A stretch of DNA of 64,000 bases from Desulfurivibrio sp. (GTDB taxonomy: Bacteria > Desulfobacterota > Desulfobulbia > Desulfobulbales > SURF-16). The DNA lies in NCBI GenBank assembly GCA_003605035.1, contig QZKJ01000078.1, positions 163-64,162 on the forward strand, written 5' to 3'. Both the position numbers and the translations under genes were made by a program. Under the pieces are notes generated by a model that saw only the letters and a list, made by a program, of their open reading frames with translations, was not told the origin of the DNA and searched no databases. Below are positions 42,472-51,840 of this stretch, in pieces; positions within the stretch are counted from its first letter, which is position 1, and every line of letters starts with the position of its first letter.

Positions 42472-43350
42472 ATGAAAAATCCGGGAACACAGTCACTGCT
42501 CCTGGCAGGCTCCCTCATACTGGCGTTTCATACCCCGGTGCTGGCTGATAACGACGCCCGGGATTACATCCCCCTGGAACCCGGCACCACCTTGATCGCC
42601 GCCTATTACAATTACATCAGCGCCACCGATTTTTACGCGGATGGCGACAAAATCAACAGTGACACAAATCTAAGTGCCAATATCGGCATATTAAGGCCTG
42701 TTTATTATACCAAGCTGGGTCCCTTTGTCATCGACCCCCAGATGCTGATCCCCTTTGGTGAGCAATCACTGGATGGCGACGGAGTGGGCGGAGTGGAAAT
42801 CAGCTCATCAGGCCTGGCTGACCCCATTGTCACTGCCACCATCTGGCTGGTCAACGATCCCGCATCAAAGACCTGGCTTGGCTTCACCCCCTTCATCACC
42901 GTGCCGCTGGGTGAATATGACGAGGATAAGGCATTGAATATGGGGGCAAACCGCTGGGCCTTCAAACCGGAGGTCGGTTTTGTCAAAGGCTTTGGCAACT
43001 ATTTTTTTGAACTCACCGGCAACTGCGAATTTTATACGGACAACGATGACTTTTCCGCGCAGTCACTCACCCTGGAACAGGATCCCGTCTATACCCTGGA
43101 AAGTCATCTGAGTTATAATTTCAGCGATGCTTTTTATATCTCCGGCGATTACTTCTACCACAACGGCGGCGAGACCACCCTTGCCGGCATTGATCAACAT
43201 GATGAGAAAGATGATCATGCCGTGCAGCTTACCCTGGGTTTCCTGCTTAATCCCTCCTATCAGCTGCTTCTGAAATACAAAACTGATATCGAAGTGGAAA
43301 ACGGCCTGAAAACCAACACCGTCGGGCTGCGTTTCGCCCATTTCTTTTAA
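42472..43350 (+). CDS. outer-membrane beta-barrel protein (MetA-pathway/'transporter' OMP family-like)
   Basis: 292 aa with a signal peptide ...HTPVLA. DARDYIPLEPGTTLIAAYYNY is the N-terminal motif of that family. Alternating beta-strand pattern, and a C-terminal GLRFAHFF beta-signal. Confidence 0.6.
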   Translation: MKNPGTQSLLLAGSLILAFHTPVLADNDARDYIPLEPGTTLIAAYYNYISATDFYADGDKINSDTNLSANIGILRPVYYTKLGPFVIDPQMLIPFGEQSLDGDGVGGVEISSSGLADPIVTATIWLVNDPASKTWLGFTPFITVPLGEYDEDKALNMGANRWAFKPEVGFVKGFGNYFFELTGNCEFYTDNDDFSAQSLTLEQDPVYTLESHLSYNFSDAFYISGDYFYHNGGETTLAGIDQHDEKDDHAVQLTLGFLLNPSYQLLLKYKTDIEVENGLKTNTVGLRFAHFF

Positions 43351-43397
43351 GCTGTACCCTGTCGCAACGATCTCGCTCATCGGACAGGTTTCATAAT

Positions 43398-43431
43398 CCC
43401 CCTGCAGGAAACACCGTTTTCCTGCAGGGGG
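43398..43431 (+). terminator. strong hairpin downstream of the OMP gene (terminator-like, no U-run)
   Basis: CCCCCTGCAGGAAA-caccgt-TTTCCTGCAGGGGG is a perfect 14-bp stem, 48 nt after the stop codon. Confidence 0.45.
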
Positions 43432-43610
43432 ACCCTTCCCGCTTCCTTTTCCCTCTCCCTCCTTCTTCTCCCCTGCTGGAAATTGTCCTGATCCGGGCCG
43501 GCAAACCTGACAGATAAATAAATTTAAAATCCCGCTTCTTTTTTCCATTACATTTCCCCGTTTAATGAGTATTTTTTATAAAAATGGCATACCATGGGAG
43601 AAGGATTTAC

Positions 43611-44288
43611 ATGAAACAGCAGCAGGTGCAGGAACATTTTGGCCGCCAGGCGGATGAATACGAAGAACTGATGGTGAGGCTTGTCCCGCAATATCTGTTT
43701 CAGCACCAGATCATCGAGGATCTGCTGCCGGATGAGGACAGAGCGTACCGGGTTCTTGACCTGGGCTGCGGCAACGGCGTTCTCTCGGAACTGGTTTTCC
43801 GCAGGCTTCCCCGGGCCCAGGTCGTCGGCTTTGATCTGACGGAAAAGATGCTTGCGGCCTACCGGAAAAAACTGGCCGGCTTTACTGACAGGTTTACCCT
43901 GCAGGCCGGGGATTTCCGGGTTGATCCCCTCGGCAGCGATTATGATCTCATCCTGGCCGGGCTTACCCTGCACCATCTCACCTGGCCGGAAAGAGAGGCA
44001 TTTTACCGGCGCCTTTACGCGGCCCTGCGGAGCGGCGGCAGATTCATCGCCCGGGACATCATCATCGATGAGGAGCCTGAGGTGACCGGGGATCATTACC
44101 TGCTGTGGAAGAAATTCATGCAGTCCCGGGGAGAGGATCCGGAATTCTGGTACGCCAGACATGTGGAAAAAGACCACCCCATGACCCTGACGGACCATTT
44201 TTCCTGGCTGAGGGAGGCGGGATTCACCAAAACAGCCTGCCACTGGCGGCTGTATAATTTTGCCGTCACCTCGGCCGAAAAACCATAA
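43611..44288 (+). CDS. class I SAM-dependent methyltransferase
   Basis: VLDLGCGNGVLSE motif I. The ATG at 43611 is preceded by GGGAGAAGGA. Confidence 0.8.
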   Translation: MKQQQVQEHFGRQADEYEELMVRLVPQYLFQHQIIEDLLPDEDRAYRVLDLGCGNGVLSELVFRRLPRAQVVGFDLTEKMLAAYRKKLAGFTDRFTLQAGDFRVDPLGSDYDLILAGLTLHHLTWPEREAFYRRLYAALRSGGRFIARDIIIDEEPEVTGDHYLLWKKFMQSRGEDPEFWYARHVEKDHPMTLTDHFSWLREAGFTKTACHWRLYNFAVTSAEKP

Positions 44289-44365
44289 ACAGAAGCAGAT
44301 CCGGCCGACGTTCTCGCGAAAGCGGCCGGCCATTGTGCAATTGAAAAAATCGAAAGGAGGCCATC

Positions 44366-44554
44366 ATGACTCAGGAAAAAAATACCAGCATATGCCCCAC
44401 CTGCGAGGGGAAAAAAGTGATCGCCGGCACCTGCGAATGCAACATGGAATGGCGCGGCACTCAGAAAGGCGACAACTGGGAGGACTGCCAGTGCACCCCG
44501 GAGGTCGAGTGTCCGACCTGTCACGGTACCGGCCTTATCAAGTCCGGCAAGTGA
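44366..44554 (+). CDS. 62-aa cysteine-rich protein with DnaJ-type CxxCxGxG zinc-finger motifs
   Basis: CPTCEGKK ... CECN ... CQC ... CPTCHGTG. Strong SD (AAAGGAGG) 7 nt upstream of the ATG. Confidence 0.6.
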   Translation: MTQEKNTSICPTCEGKKVIAGTCECNMEWRGTQKGDNWEDCQCTPEVECPTCHGTGLIKSGK

Positions 44555-44622
44555 TCCCGGTTGCGGCAGTTTTCCGCCAATGCAATGATGATGAATGTCC
44601 GGCAGTCAGATAGAATGGTGAA

Positions 44623-44991
44623 ATGATGAGAGCCCAGCTGAAAAAAGGCTCATCGGTCAAGGAATGCATGACCGATGAGCGCTGCTTTATTGCCGAGATC
44701 GCCAACGATGCGGACGATGAGCAGGTTTCCATCGCCCGCGCCCGGGTAAGACCAGGCATTGCCACGGCCTGGCATCGGGTGCGCGGCACCTGTGAGCGTT
44801 ACCTCATTGTTGCCGGCCAGGGCCGGGCCGAGGTTGAAGGGCTGGAACCGCTGGAGGTGAGCGCCGGCGATGTGGTGCGAATACCCGCTCGCTGCGCCCA
44901 GCGGATCATCAATACCGGCGACAGCGATCTCATCTTCTACTGTGTCTGTTCACCACGCTTCCGGCAGGAAAATTATGAAAGTCTTGAGTAA
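44623..44991 (+). CDS. cupin-domain protein
   Basis: 122 aa. WHRVRGTCERYLIVAGQG...VSAGDVVRIPARCAQRIINTG fits the two cupin motifs. Confidence 0.7.
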   Translation: MMRAQLKKGSSVKECMTDERCFIAEIANDADDEQVSIARARVRPGIATAWHRVRGTCERYLIVAGQGRAEVEGLEPLEVSAGDVVRIPARCAQRIINTGDSDLIFYCVCSPRFRQENYESLE

Positions 44992-45108
44992 CTCCTTCCT
45001 GCCCGCTGCCTGCGGGCGGGGCAAATCCACCGCTGGCAAGCGCCCGGCCGCCAGACTCTGTCCCGCACGGACAGACACCCGATCCCCCATCCCTGTTGCA
45101 GGTCGCCC

Positions 45109-45780
45109 ATGACCATCCCTGCGTACTCCGTCCTCTCCGTGCCCCAGGACCTTGAACTGCAGCAGGAGTGGGACAGCCCGGTCTGGCGGCAGGTCCCTGC
45201 CTTGACCATTGCCGCCTTCCGGCCGGAAAGCAGCGGCCATCGTCCGCTGACCGAAGTCAAGCTGCTCGCCGGGCCTCTGTCCCTGCATGGTTTTTTCCGG
45301 GTCAGGGACCGCTATGTCCGCTGCGTCCACGACCGCTTTCAGCAACCGGTCTACCAGGACAGCTGCGTGGAGTTTTTCGTCCAACCCAAGGCAGACGCCG
45401 GCTACTTTAATTTTGAGTTCAACTGCGGCGGGACCCTGCTTGCCTCCTACATCGTCGATCCCACCCGGGTGGAAAACGGCTTCAGGGATTTTAGCCGCCT
45501 GACCGGGGAGCAGGGCAGCCAGCTCGACATTTATCATTCCCTGCCGGCTCCGGTCGAGCCGGAGATCAGCCGCGACATCACCTGGTTCATTGAGTTTCGC
45601 CTACCCTTCAGCCTGCTGGAACAGTATGTTGGATCGCTGGGAGAGATCAGGGGGCAGGTCTGGCGGGCCAATTTTTACAAATGCGGGGATGCGACCTCCC
45701 ACCCGCACTGGGCAGCCTGGTCGCCGGTTGATGCGTTGAATTTCCACCTGCCGCGCTGTTTCGGCAGGATATGTTTTTAA
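45109..45780 (+). CDS. carbohydrate-binding family 9-like (CBM9_2/DOMON-like) protein, no signal peptide seen
   Basis: DSCVEFFVQPKADAGYFNFEFNCGGTLL...WFIEFRLPFSLL...WRANFYKCGD matches the CBM9-like pattern. Confidence 0.6.
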   Translation: MTIPAYSVLSVPQDLELQQEWDSPVWRQVPALTIAAFRPESSGHRPLTEVKLLAGPLSLHGFFRVRDRYVRCVHDRFQQPVYQDSCVEFFVQPKADAGYFNFEFNCGGTLLASYIVDPTRVENGFRDFSRLTGEQGSQLDIYHSLPAPVEPEISRDITWFIEFRLPFSLLEQYVGSLGEIRGQVWRANFYKCGDATSHPHWAAWSPVDALNFHLPRCFGRICF

Positions 45781-45921
45781 GGGACTCGGCCAGGAAGAAA
45801 AACGTATCTCGCCACTGTTTTCAGCAGTTTACCTCTTGCCTTTTGCCATGCAAAACTACTAGTGTTTGACAAGGAGCAACGAAGCGAATCCCAAAAAATA
45901 TAATGATGAGAGAGGTGCCCC

Positions 45922-46698
45922 ATGACATTTCCGCTAAAATGTTTTCAGAAATCAGCAGTTGTAATCGCCATATCAGGTTGCCTGACCATTCCCCTCTTCT
46001 CCCCCGCGGACCAGGTGCAGGCCCAGGGCAGCTGGCTTGAGCAGGGATCAAAAATTCTCGGCACCGTACAGTCGAAAAAAGGGGGAAGCAGCCTTTCCAA
46101 TGCAGAAATCGGCGGGGCATTCAAGGATGCGCTGCACATCGGCACGGCAAACGTGGTGAGCAGACTGGGCAGTCTTGACGGTTTCAATGCCGACCCCGCC
46201 ATCCATATTCCCTTGCCCTCGCAACTCGATACGGCCAAAAAAATGCTGTCCCAGGTCGGCATGTCCCATCTGCTCGACGATCTCGAACTGAAACTGAACC
46301 GGGCGGCCGAGGCTGCTACGCCCAAGGCCAAGGAACTCTTCTGGCAGGCCATCAATGACATGACCTTTGATGATGTCATGAAAATCTATAAAGGCCCGAA
46401 AGATTCGGCCACCCAATATTTTCAGCGCAAGATGACCCCTGCCCTGACCAGGGAGATGCAGCCCATCGTCCAACAGAGCCTGTCCGAGGTCGGGGCGGTG
46501 CAATCCTATGACAATGTCATGGCAAAATACAAGACCCTGCCATTCGTGCCGGATGTCAACGCCGATCTGACCAGCTACACAGTAGAAAAAGGGCTGAACG
46601 GCATTTTCCATTATGTGGCCAGCGAGGAGGCCGCCATCCGTGAAAATCCCGCCAGACAGACCACGGATCTGCTGAAAAAGGTGTTCGGAGGCAAATAG
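45922..46698 (+). CDS. DUF4197-family periplasmic protein
   Basis: IGGAFKDALHIGTANVVSRLGSLDGFNADPAIHIPLP...LNRAAEAATPKAKELFWQAINDMTFDDVMKIYKG...ATQYF...VASEEAAIRENP follows the DUF4197 consensus. Confidence 0.75.
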   Translation: MTFPLKCFQKSAVVIAISGCLTIPLFSPADQVQAQGSWLEQGSKILGTVQSKKGGSSLSNAEIGGAFKDALHIGTANVVSRLGSLDGFNADPAIHIPLPSQLDTAKKMLSQVGMSHLLDDLELKLNRAAEAATPKAKELFWQAINDMTFDDVMKIYKGPKDSATQYFQRKMTPALTREMQPIVQQSLSEVGAVQSYDNVMAKYKTLPFVPDVNADLTSYTVEKGLNGIFHYVASEEAAIRENPARQTTDLLKKVFGGK

Positions 46699-46729
46699 CT
46701 GCAGGCAGCAGGGGATGGCCTGATCTTAC

Positions 46730-48748
46730 TTACAACGCCTCGCCCATAGCGATGTCGCAGGTGGAAAGGTCCACTGTACCGCCTGCTTCCAGCCCCTGGT
46801 AGATGGTCCAGAACCTGTCATCAATCCGTTTCTCCCGGGAGGAACCGCCCTTCAGGAAACGCCGGGCCGCGCGGGGCCCGGCGTTGTAAGCCGAATAGGT
46901 GGCGCGGGCCGCGTACTTGATCTCATGATTTTTGTCCGCAACCGTGATGCCGTATTGCGTGAGATAAAGCATGAGAATCTGGGCCCCCGCCCGGACATTG
47001 TAAGGGACCTCCCAGCGCAGCCGTTCCAGATTATAGAAGCCGCGCCAGACATGCTGATTAATCTGCATGAGGCCGATACTGCCGGCAGGTGAACGTAGGA
47101 AGGTGACCTGATCGCCCTCTGCCACGAACTGCCGCCAGCAGCTTTCAATCAGGGCGGTGGCCGGCACCAGATGCTGGAAAATCTCGACATAGCGGGGGTC
47201 GAGCTTGCTGCGCTTTATCTCCTCATCAGCAGCGGACTGCAGCAGCTGGCCGATCTGCTGCCGGTAGGCATCCAACTCCTCGGGGCGGGGAATCCAGCGG
47301 TCCAGCGACCGGCTGATCCGCACCTCATCAGCATAAACCATTGGCAGGAGAAAGTCCCAGAGAAGCTGGCTGAGCGGCGGCAGTGACTGCGGGGCTGTCT
47401 CCGGCACAGGTTCAGGCGCCGATTCGAGTACGGGTTCAGGTGCGGATGCAGGCGTCTGTTCGAGTGCGGGTTCAGGTGCCGATTCAGGCAACGGTTCAGG
47501 TGCTGTCTCCGGCACCGGTTCAGGCGCCGGTTCCGGGGCAAAATGAAAAAGCTCTCGCAGGGCGGGGTCAACCTCCCAGTCAAAGTACAGCGGATCGGTC
47601 GTGGCTGTCGGCTCCAGGGTCCGGGCCAGGCGGCGCAGACCATCGGTGGTGATCTGCATGCCGAGTCGCGGCGCTGCCGCATCCAGGGCGAGCAGGGCAT
47701 CGCCGGCGTTGACGAATGTCATGTAGCGAAGCGGCTGGGCCTGGATCAGACCACGCTCTTCGGCCTCTTCAATGATCACTCGCAGCTGATGCCAGGCATC
47801 GACAAACAGGGTCCGCAGCGGATCACCCGGCTCCGGGGTCGTCTCGCCGGAGAGGATCGGCAGCAGCTGATAACGGCTGGATATCAGCAGATCAAAGAGC
47901 TGCTCGCGCATTTTCGTATCGACCAGATCGGCGCCGGCGCTCTTGATGACAAAGACCATAAATGCATCCCAGGGCTCCAGCACCTTCTGAAAATTCTCCA
48001 TTTCAACAGCATCAAGCGGCGCTTCGGCAGGCAGAGCCATCTCGGCAGCAGGCGCACTGTCCGGCACGGCAAGCATCAGCGGCACCACTATGCCGTTGGC
48101 GTCAACCCGCAGCCGGCCGGCAAGCATCGAACGTAAGGCAGACTCGACCTGATTTATCTCATCCGGTGAGGCACAGGCCTTGAGGAAGGCGATAATCTCC
48201 TGCTGCGGGGGCTTGAGATCAAGAGAGAAATTCTCCAGCCGTGGGTGGAGATAGCGTTTTACCAGGTTCCAGACCAGGCTCGACATCATCGGCTTGGTAC
48301 CGTCTTTATCGTAAATGATCGAATCAACAATATGATAACGCAACTGCCACTTTTCATCCACATACGGGGTAAGACTCATGTCGATGGAACCGACCCACTT
48401 CAGACCCACCGGCCATTTGCCCAGCAGGCTGAAGCCGAGACTGGCGTAAATACGTGACGAGAAGTGCGGCTGTCCGCCGCGGATAGAGAGACGGGGCTGG
48501 TCTGAATGCAGAAAACGGTAAGGCCCTTCCTGATAAAGAACCGCGGGCTGGTCGAGCTGCGGATTCAGATACCTGGCAATAGAGTGCTGCAGCAACGCCG
48601 TGCGCAGCGTCAGCGGCAGTTCGATGGAATCGGCTGCCGCAGCCCTGGCAGGTGCCGCAAGCAGGCAGATCATGGTGCAGATCAGCGCCAGGCCCCGGCC
48701 CATCATGGTCAGTTGCGCAGCCCTCTTGTATGATGATGATTGTTGCAT
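46730..48748 (-). CDS. large periplasmic protein with C-terminal lytic transglycosylase (SLT) domain and Pro/Glu-rich linker
   Basis: 672 aa with a signal peptide. C-terminus ESCWRQF...GSIGLMQIN...YNVRAGAQIL...AYNAGPRAA has the SLT catalytic Glu and motifs. Confidence 0.8.
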   Translation of the reverse strand: MQQSSSYKRAAQLTMMGRGLALICTMICLLAAPARAAAADSIELPLTLRTALLQHSIARYLNPQLDQPAVLYQEGPYRFLHSDQPRLSIRGGQPHFSSRIYASLGFSLLGKWPVGLKWVGSIDMSLTPYVDEKWQLRYHIVDSIIYDKDGTKPMMSSLVWNLVKRYLHPRLENFSLDLKPPQQEIIAFLKACASPDEINQVESALRSMLAGRLRVDANGIVVPLMLAVPDSAPAAEMALPAEAPLDAVEMENFQKVLEPWDAFMVFVIKSAGADLVDTKMREQLFDLLISSRYQLLPILSGETTPEPGDPLRTLFVDAWHQLRVIIEEAEERGLIQAQPLRYMTFVNAGDALLALDAAAPRLGMQITTDGLRRLARTLEPTATTDPLYFDWEVDPALRELFHFAPEPAPEPVPETAPEPLPESAPEPALEQTPASAPEPVLESAPEPVPETAPQSLPPLSQLLWDFLLPMVYADEVRISRSLDRWIPRPEELDAYRQQIGQLLQSAADEEIKRSKLDPRYVEIFQHLVPATALIESCWRQFVAEGDQVTFLRSPAGSIGLMQINQHVWRGFYNLERLRWEVPYNVRAGAQILMLYLTQYGITVADKNHEIKYAARATYSAYNAGPRAARRFLKGGSSREKRIDDRFWTIYQGLEAGGTVDLSTCDIAMGEAL

Positions 48749-48867
48749 ATAGGTTACGGGGAAATGGGTTTACAGAGAAGATTGAGAGACAGGTGCAGAT
48801 TTACCTGTTCACAGGCAGGACGGCAGCGGGAGCAGATCAGCCCCCAACCTGTCTGCCCTCCCCTCAA

Positions 48868-49494
48868 TCAAGGCGATTTATAGACCCTGGGAATCATCTT
48901 GATCACCATTGCCCCCTTCACGGTCTGAATATCAGCCGGCATCAGCTTGACCGGGATAGTGCGGTCACCCACCCTGAAAAGAAAAGGCTCGATGGAATCA
49001 AGGGCAATCGGGTATTCCCTGCCGCCAAGTGAGTGCAGCAACGGCAGCAGGATGTCCGCGGAGTCGGCAGACGCATCTTTTTCCGCTTCAGGGAAAACCG
49101 GGGTGACGAACAGGATCTTCTGCTGTTTATCGAAGCGCAGGAAAAGCTCGCATCGCACCGGCAGCTTGACGCTGCCCAGCTTCATCTTGACGTCCTGGCC
49201 GGCGATCCTGGTTTTCATGGCAATATCCCGGCCCAGCACAACCCCCTGCAGAAAGATCGATTTGCCGTTTATCTGCAGTTTCTCCAGGGAATCAACGACA
49301 ATACTCCCTTCCATGTAATGGTTCTGCGGTTCGATGGGCAGGGGCAGGGAGTCGCTGATCGTCTGCCGCAGAACTTCGGCAGGCATGGTGATGGATACTA
49401 CCTGCTCGCTGGAAACAGCCGGCCTGCTGCCGGCCAGAACAAGCAAAAATACCAGAACAGCAAAGTGGAAAAATCCGGTTCCCGTTGGTTTCAT
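48868..49494 (-). CDS. secreted hypothetical protein
   Basis: 208 aa. Signal peptide MKPTGTGFFHFAVLVFLLVLAGSRPAVS. I recognise no family. Confidence 0.55.
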   Translation of the reverse strand: MKPTGTGFFHFAVLVFLLVLAGSRPAVSSEQVVSITMPAEVLRQTISDSLPLPIEPQNHYMEGSIVVDSLEKLQINGKSIFLQGVVLGRDIAMKTRIAGQDVKMKLGSVKLPVRCELFLRFDKQQKILFVTPVFPEAEKDASADSADILLPLLHSLGGREYPIALDSIEPFLFRVGDRTIPVKLMPADIQTVKGAMVIKMIPRVYKSP

Positions 49495-49673
49495 GAGAGA
49501 TATCCCTTTATCGCAAGCGATGGCAAGTTGATAGAAAACGCAACCCGCTGACCTGCTGTATTTTCCTTTGATGACATTTTACAACTTTTTTCATACACTT
49601 CCTGTTTACTGCTGCGGACGGCGGGAGTCAAGCATTCTGCGGCCGCCTTGTCTGTCGCCGGGAATTGCGGCTG

Positions 49674-50333
49674 TCAGGGATCAAGCCTTGCCAGCGCCAC
49701 ATTATAGCCGATGACCATCAGCGTATCGTCTGTTTCAAGGATAAGATCCGCCTTGGGAATAAATGAAAACTTGCGATCCCCCTTTTTTTTGATGGATATG
49801 ACCTGCACATTGAAGCGGTTGGTCAGGTCGATCTGGCGCAGGGTTTTACCGGCCCAGCGCGCGACGGTCAGCTCCTTGATCGACATGTCGGGGGCAAACG
49901 GCAGCTCGCTGATAAAGCCTGGCATGGCCACCCGGTTGGCGAGCTGCCGGGCGGCCAGATGCTCGGGGATAAAAACCTCGTCAACCCCGATTTTCAGCAG
50001 CAGTTTCTGGTGATCGCCGTTGATCGCCTTCACCCAGACCTGGGGCACCCCCAGTTCCTTGAGATACATGGAGATCATCGAACTGGCAGCAATGGAATCC
50101 CCCACGCTGACCAGCACATGACTCATGTCGCCGAAGCCGAGCTGCTGCAGGGCTTCCTTGTCCGTGGCATCGGTCTGATAGACATAGGGAATGACATGTT
50201 GCGCCTTCTTGATATTTTCCGGGTTGGAATCAACGCCGATGACCTTCCTGCCAAGTTCGACCAGGGTCTGGCCGAACTGAAAGCCGAACTTGCCCAGCCC
50301 TATTATCCCGATATCTGATACGTTCACTTTCAT
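49674..50333 (-). CDS. trkA: potassium uptake protein, NAD-binding subunit (TrkA/KtrA)
   Basis: 219 aa. IGLGKFG Rossmann motif (TrkA-N) plus a TrkA-C domain. Adjacent to trkH. Confidence 0.9.
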   Translation of the reverse strand: MKVNVSDIGIIGLGKFGFQFGQTLVELGRKVIGVDSNPENIKKAQHVIPYVYQTDATDKEALQQLGFGDMSHVLVSVGDSIAASSMISMYLKELGVPQVWVKAINGDHQKLLLKIGVDEVFIPEHLAARQLANRVAMPGFISELPFAPDMSIKELTVARWAGKTLRQIDLTNRFNVQVISIKKKGDRKFSFIPKADLILETDDTLMVIGYNVALARLDP

Positions 50334-50404
50334 TTCTGACCTGTCCTCACGGCATCACGGCCCGGCATTACCTGCATTTCCAGCAATACCCGCCACCGGC
50401 CTCA

Positions 50405-51757
50405 TCAGCCGATCATCATTTTTTCTTCGGGATGGGTGTAATAACGCTCCCGGTAAAGACTGTTCATGGCATCCAGAAAGATGAGCGGCCCGAGGCGGCC
50501 GATAAACATCAGCAGGATGACAATACATTTCCCTGCCAGGGAAAGTTTGGGCGTCAGACCGGTGGTCAACCCCACCGTCCCGAAAGCCGAGGTCGCCTCA
50601 AAAAGGGCATCAAGAAACAAGCCGCCGATGTCCTGGTGGGAAGCCCCGCCCCCCTCGGTGATGTTGAGCAGAATTGTAGCGCAAAAAATAATAGTTACCG
50701 CAAAAATCAGCAAGGTGAAGGCCTTGTTCATCGTTTCCTCTTCAATGCCGTACCCCTGCACCACAGACTGCCTGCGCCTGAGGATCTGCGCCCAGGCGAA
50801 GGCCGCCAGGACCCGGAAAGTGGTCACCTTGATGCCGCCGGCACAGGAACCGGGAGCGCCGCCGATGAACATGAGAATCAGCATGATGAGCAGCGACACA
50901 TTGGTCATGCCAGCGATGTCCAGGGTGTTGAACCCGGCGGTGCGGCAGGTGACGGATTGGAAAAGGGACGACAGTACGGCCTCTACCAGGGGCAGCGGCC
51001 GGCTGGGGATATACTCGGCCAGGCAGATGCAGAACCCGCCGGTTACGATGAGAAACATGGATGTTTTCATGACCACCCGGCAATACCAGCTAACCGGTCT
51101 GACCGGCTTGTTCCGCAAACGTTTGCCGGTCCAGCTGCCCAGTTCCACCAGAACTGAAAAACCGATGCCGCCGGAAATAATCAGCGCCATGATGAGGGTG
51201 TTGACGACAAAATCACCCCGCCAGCCCATGAGATTATCGGGGAAAAGGCCAAAGCCGGCGTTGCAGAAGGCGGAAACGGCATGAAAAAGGGCGGAGAAAG
51301 GATGGAAAGCGATGGGACTGCGCAGATAGAGCAGAAACGCCCCGGCAATTTCGATGGAAAAGGTCCAGAGCATGATCTGCACGAGAAAATGGCCGAGATG
51401 AAAACTCCTGTCATGCAGCAATCCCTGGCCGATGATGATTCTGTCAGTCATGGAAACCTTGTGGCGCCAGAGATAAAAGGCCAGGGCGCTGAAGGTCATG
51501 ATACCCAGACCGCCAAGCTGAATGAGCAGCAGAATCACGCTTTGCCCCAGCAGATTGTAACTCGTGCCGGTATCGACCACCGTAAGGCCGGTGACGCAGG
51601 TTGCCGAGGTGGCGGTGAACAGGGCATCGATGAAAGATACCTCCCTGCCCGGCTGGCAGCACTGCGGCTGATGCAGAGCAGTGGCGCCGGTCAGGATAAC
51701 CAGACCGAAAAAAATGATCGGCAGCCAGATTACCGGCAGCAGAAAGCGTTTTTTCAT
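50405..51757 (-). CDS. trkH: potassium transporter membrane subunit (TrkH/KtrB family)
   Basis: ATG at 51757 gives MKKRFLLPV.... The repeated M1-P-M2 motifs with selectivity-filter glycines (TGLT, NAGF, RTAGF, TVGLT) are typical of the family. Confidence 0.9.
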   Translation of the reverse strand: MKKRFLLPVIWLPIIFFGLVILTGATALHQPQCCQPGREVSFIDALFTATSATCVTGLTVVDTGTSYNLLGQSVILLLIQLGGLGIMTFSALAFYLWRHKVSMTDRIIIGQGLLHDRSFHLGHFLVQIMLWTFSIEIAGAFLLYLRSPIAFHPFSALFHAVSAFCNAGFGLFPDNLMGWRGDFVVNTLIMALIISGGIGFSVLVELGSWTGKRLRNKPVRPVSWYCRVVMKTSMFLIVTGGFCICLAEYIPSRPLPLVEAVLSSLFQSVTCRTAGFNTLDIAGMTNVSLLIMLILMFIGGAPGSCAGGIKVTTFRVLAAFAWAQILRRRQSVVQGYGIEEETMNKAFTLLIFAVTIIFCATILLNITEGGGASHQDIGGLFLDALFEATSAFGTVGLTTGLTPKLSLAGKCIVILLMFIGRLGPLIFLDAMNSLYRERYYTHPEEKMMIG

Positions 51758-51840
51758 AGCAGTTGACCTGCTCCAGGGCAATCCCGCCGGCGGCGCCGGC
51801 GGGATGCCCGTTTGGTTTCGGGAGTCAGTTTCTTTCCCTC

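Noticed and set aside
43063-44333. Minus-strand ORFs 43063..43548 and 43548..44333
   Set aside because: They are antisense to the OMP 3' end/spacer and to the SAM methyltransferase, which has the GCGNG motif and a good SD. Part of the first is a translated polypurine tract.
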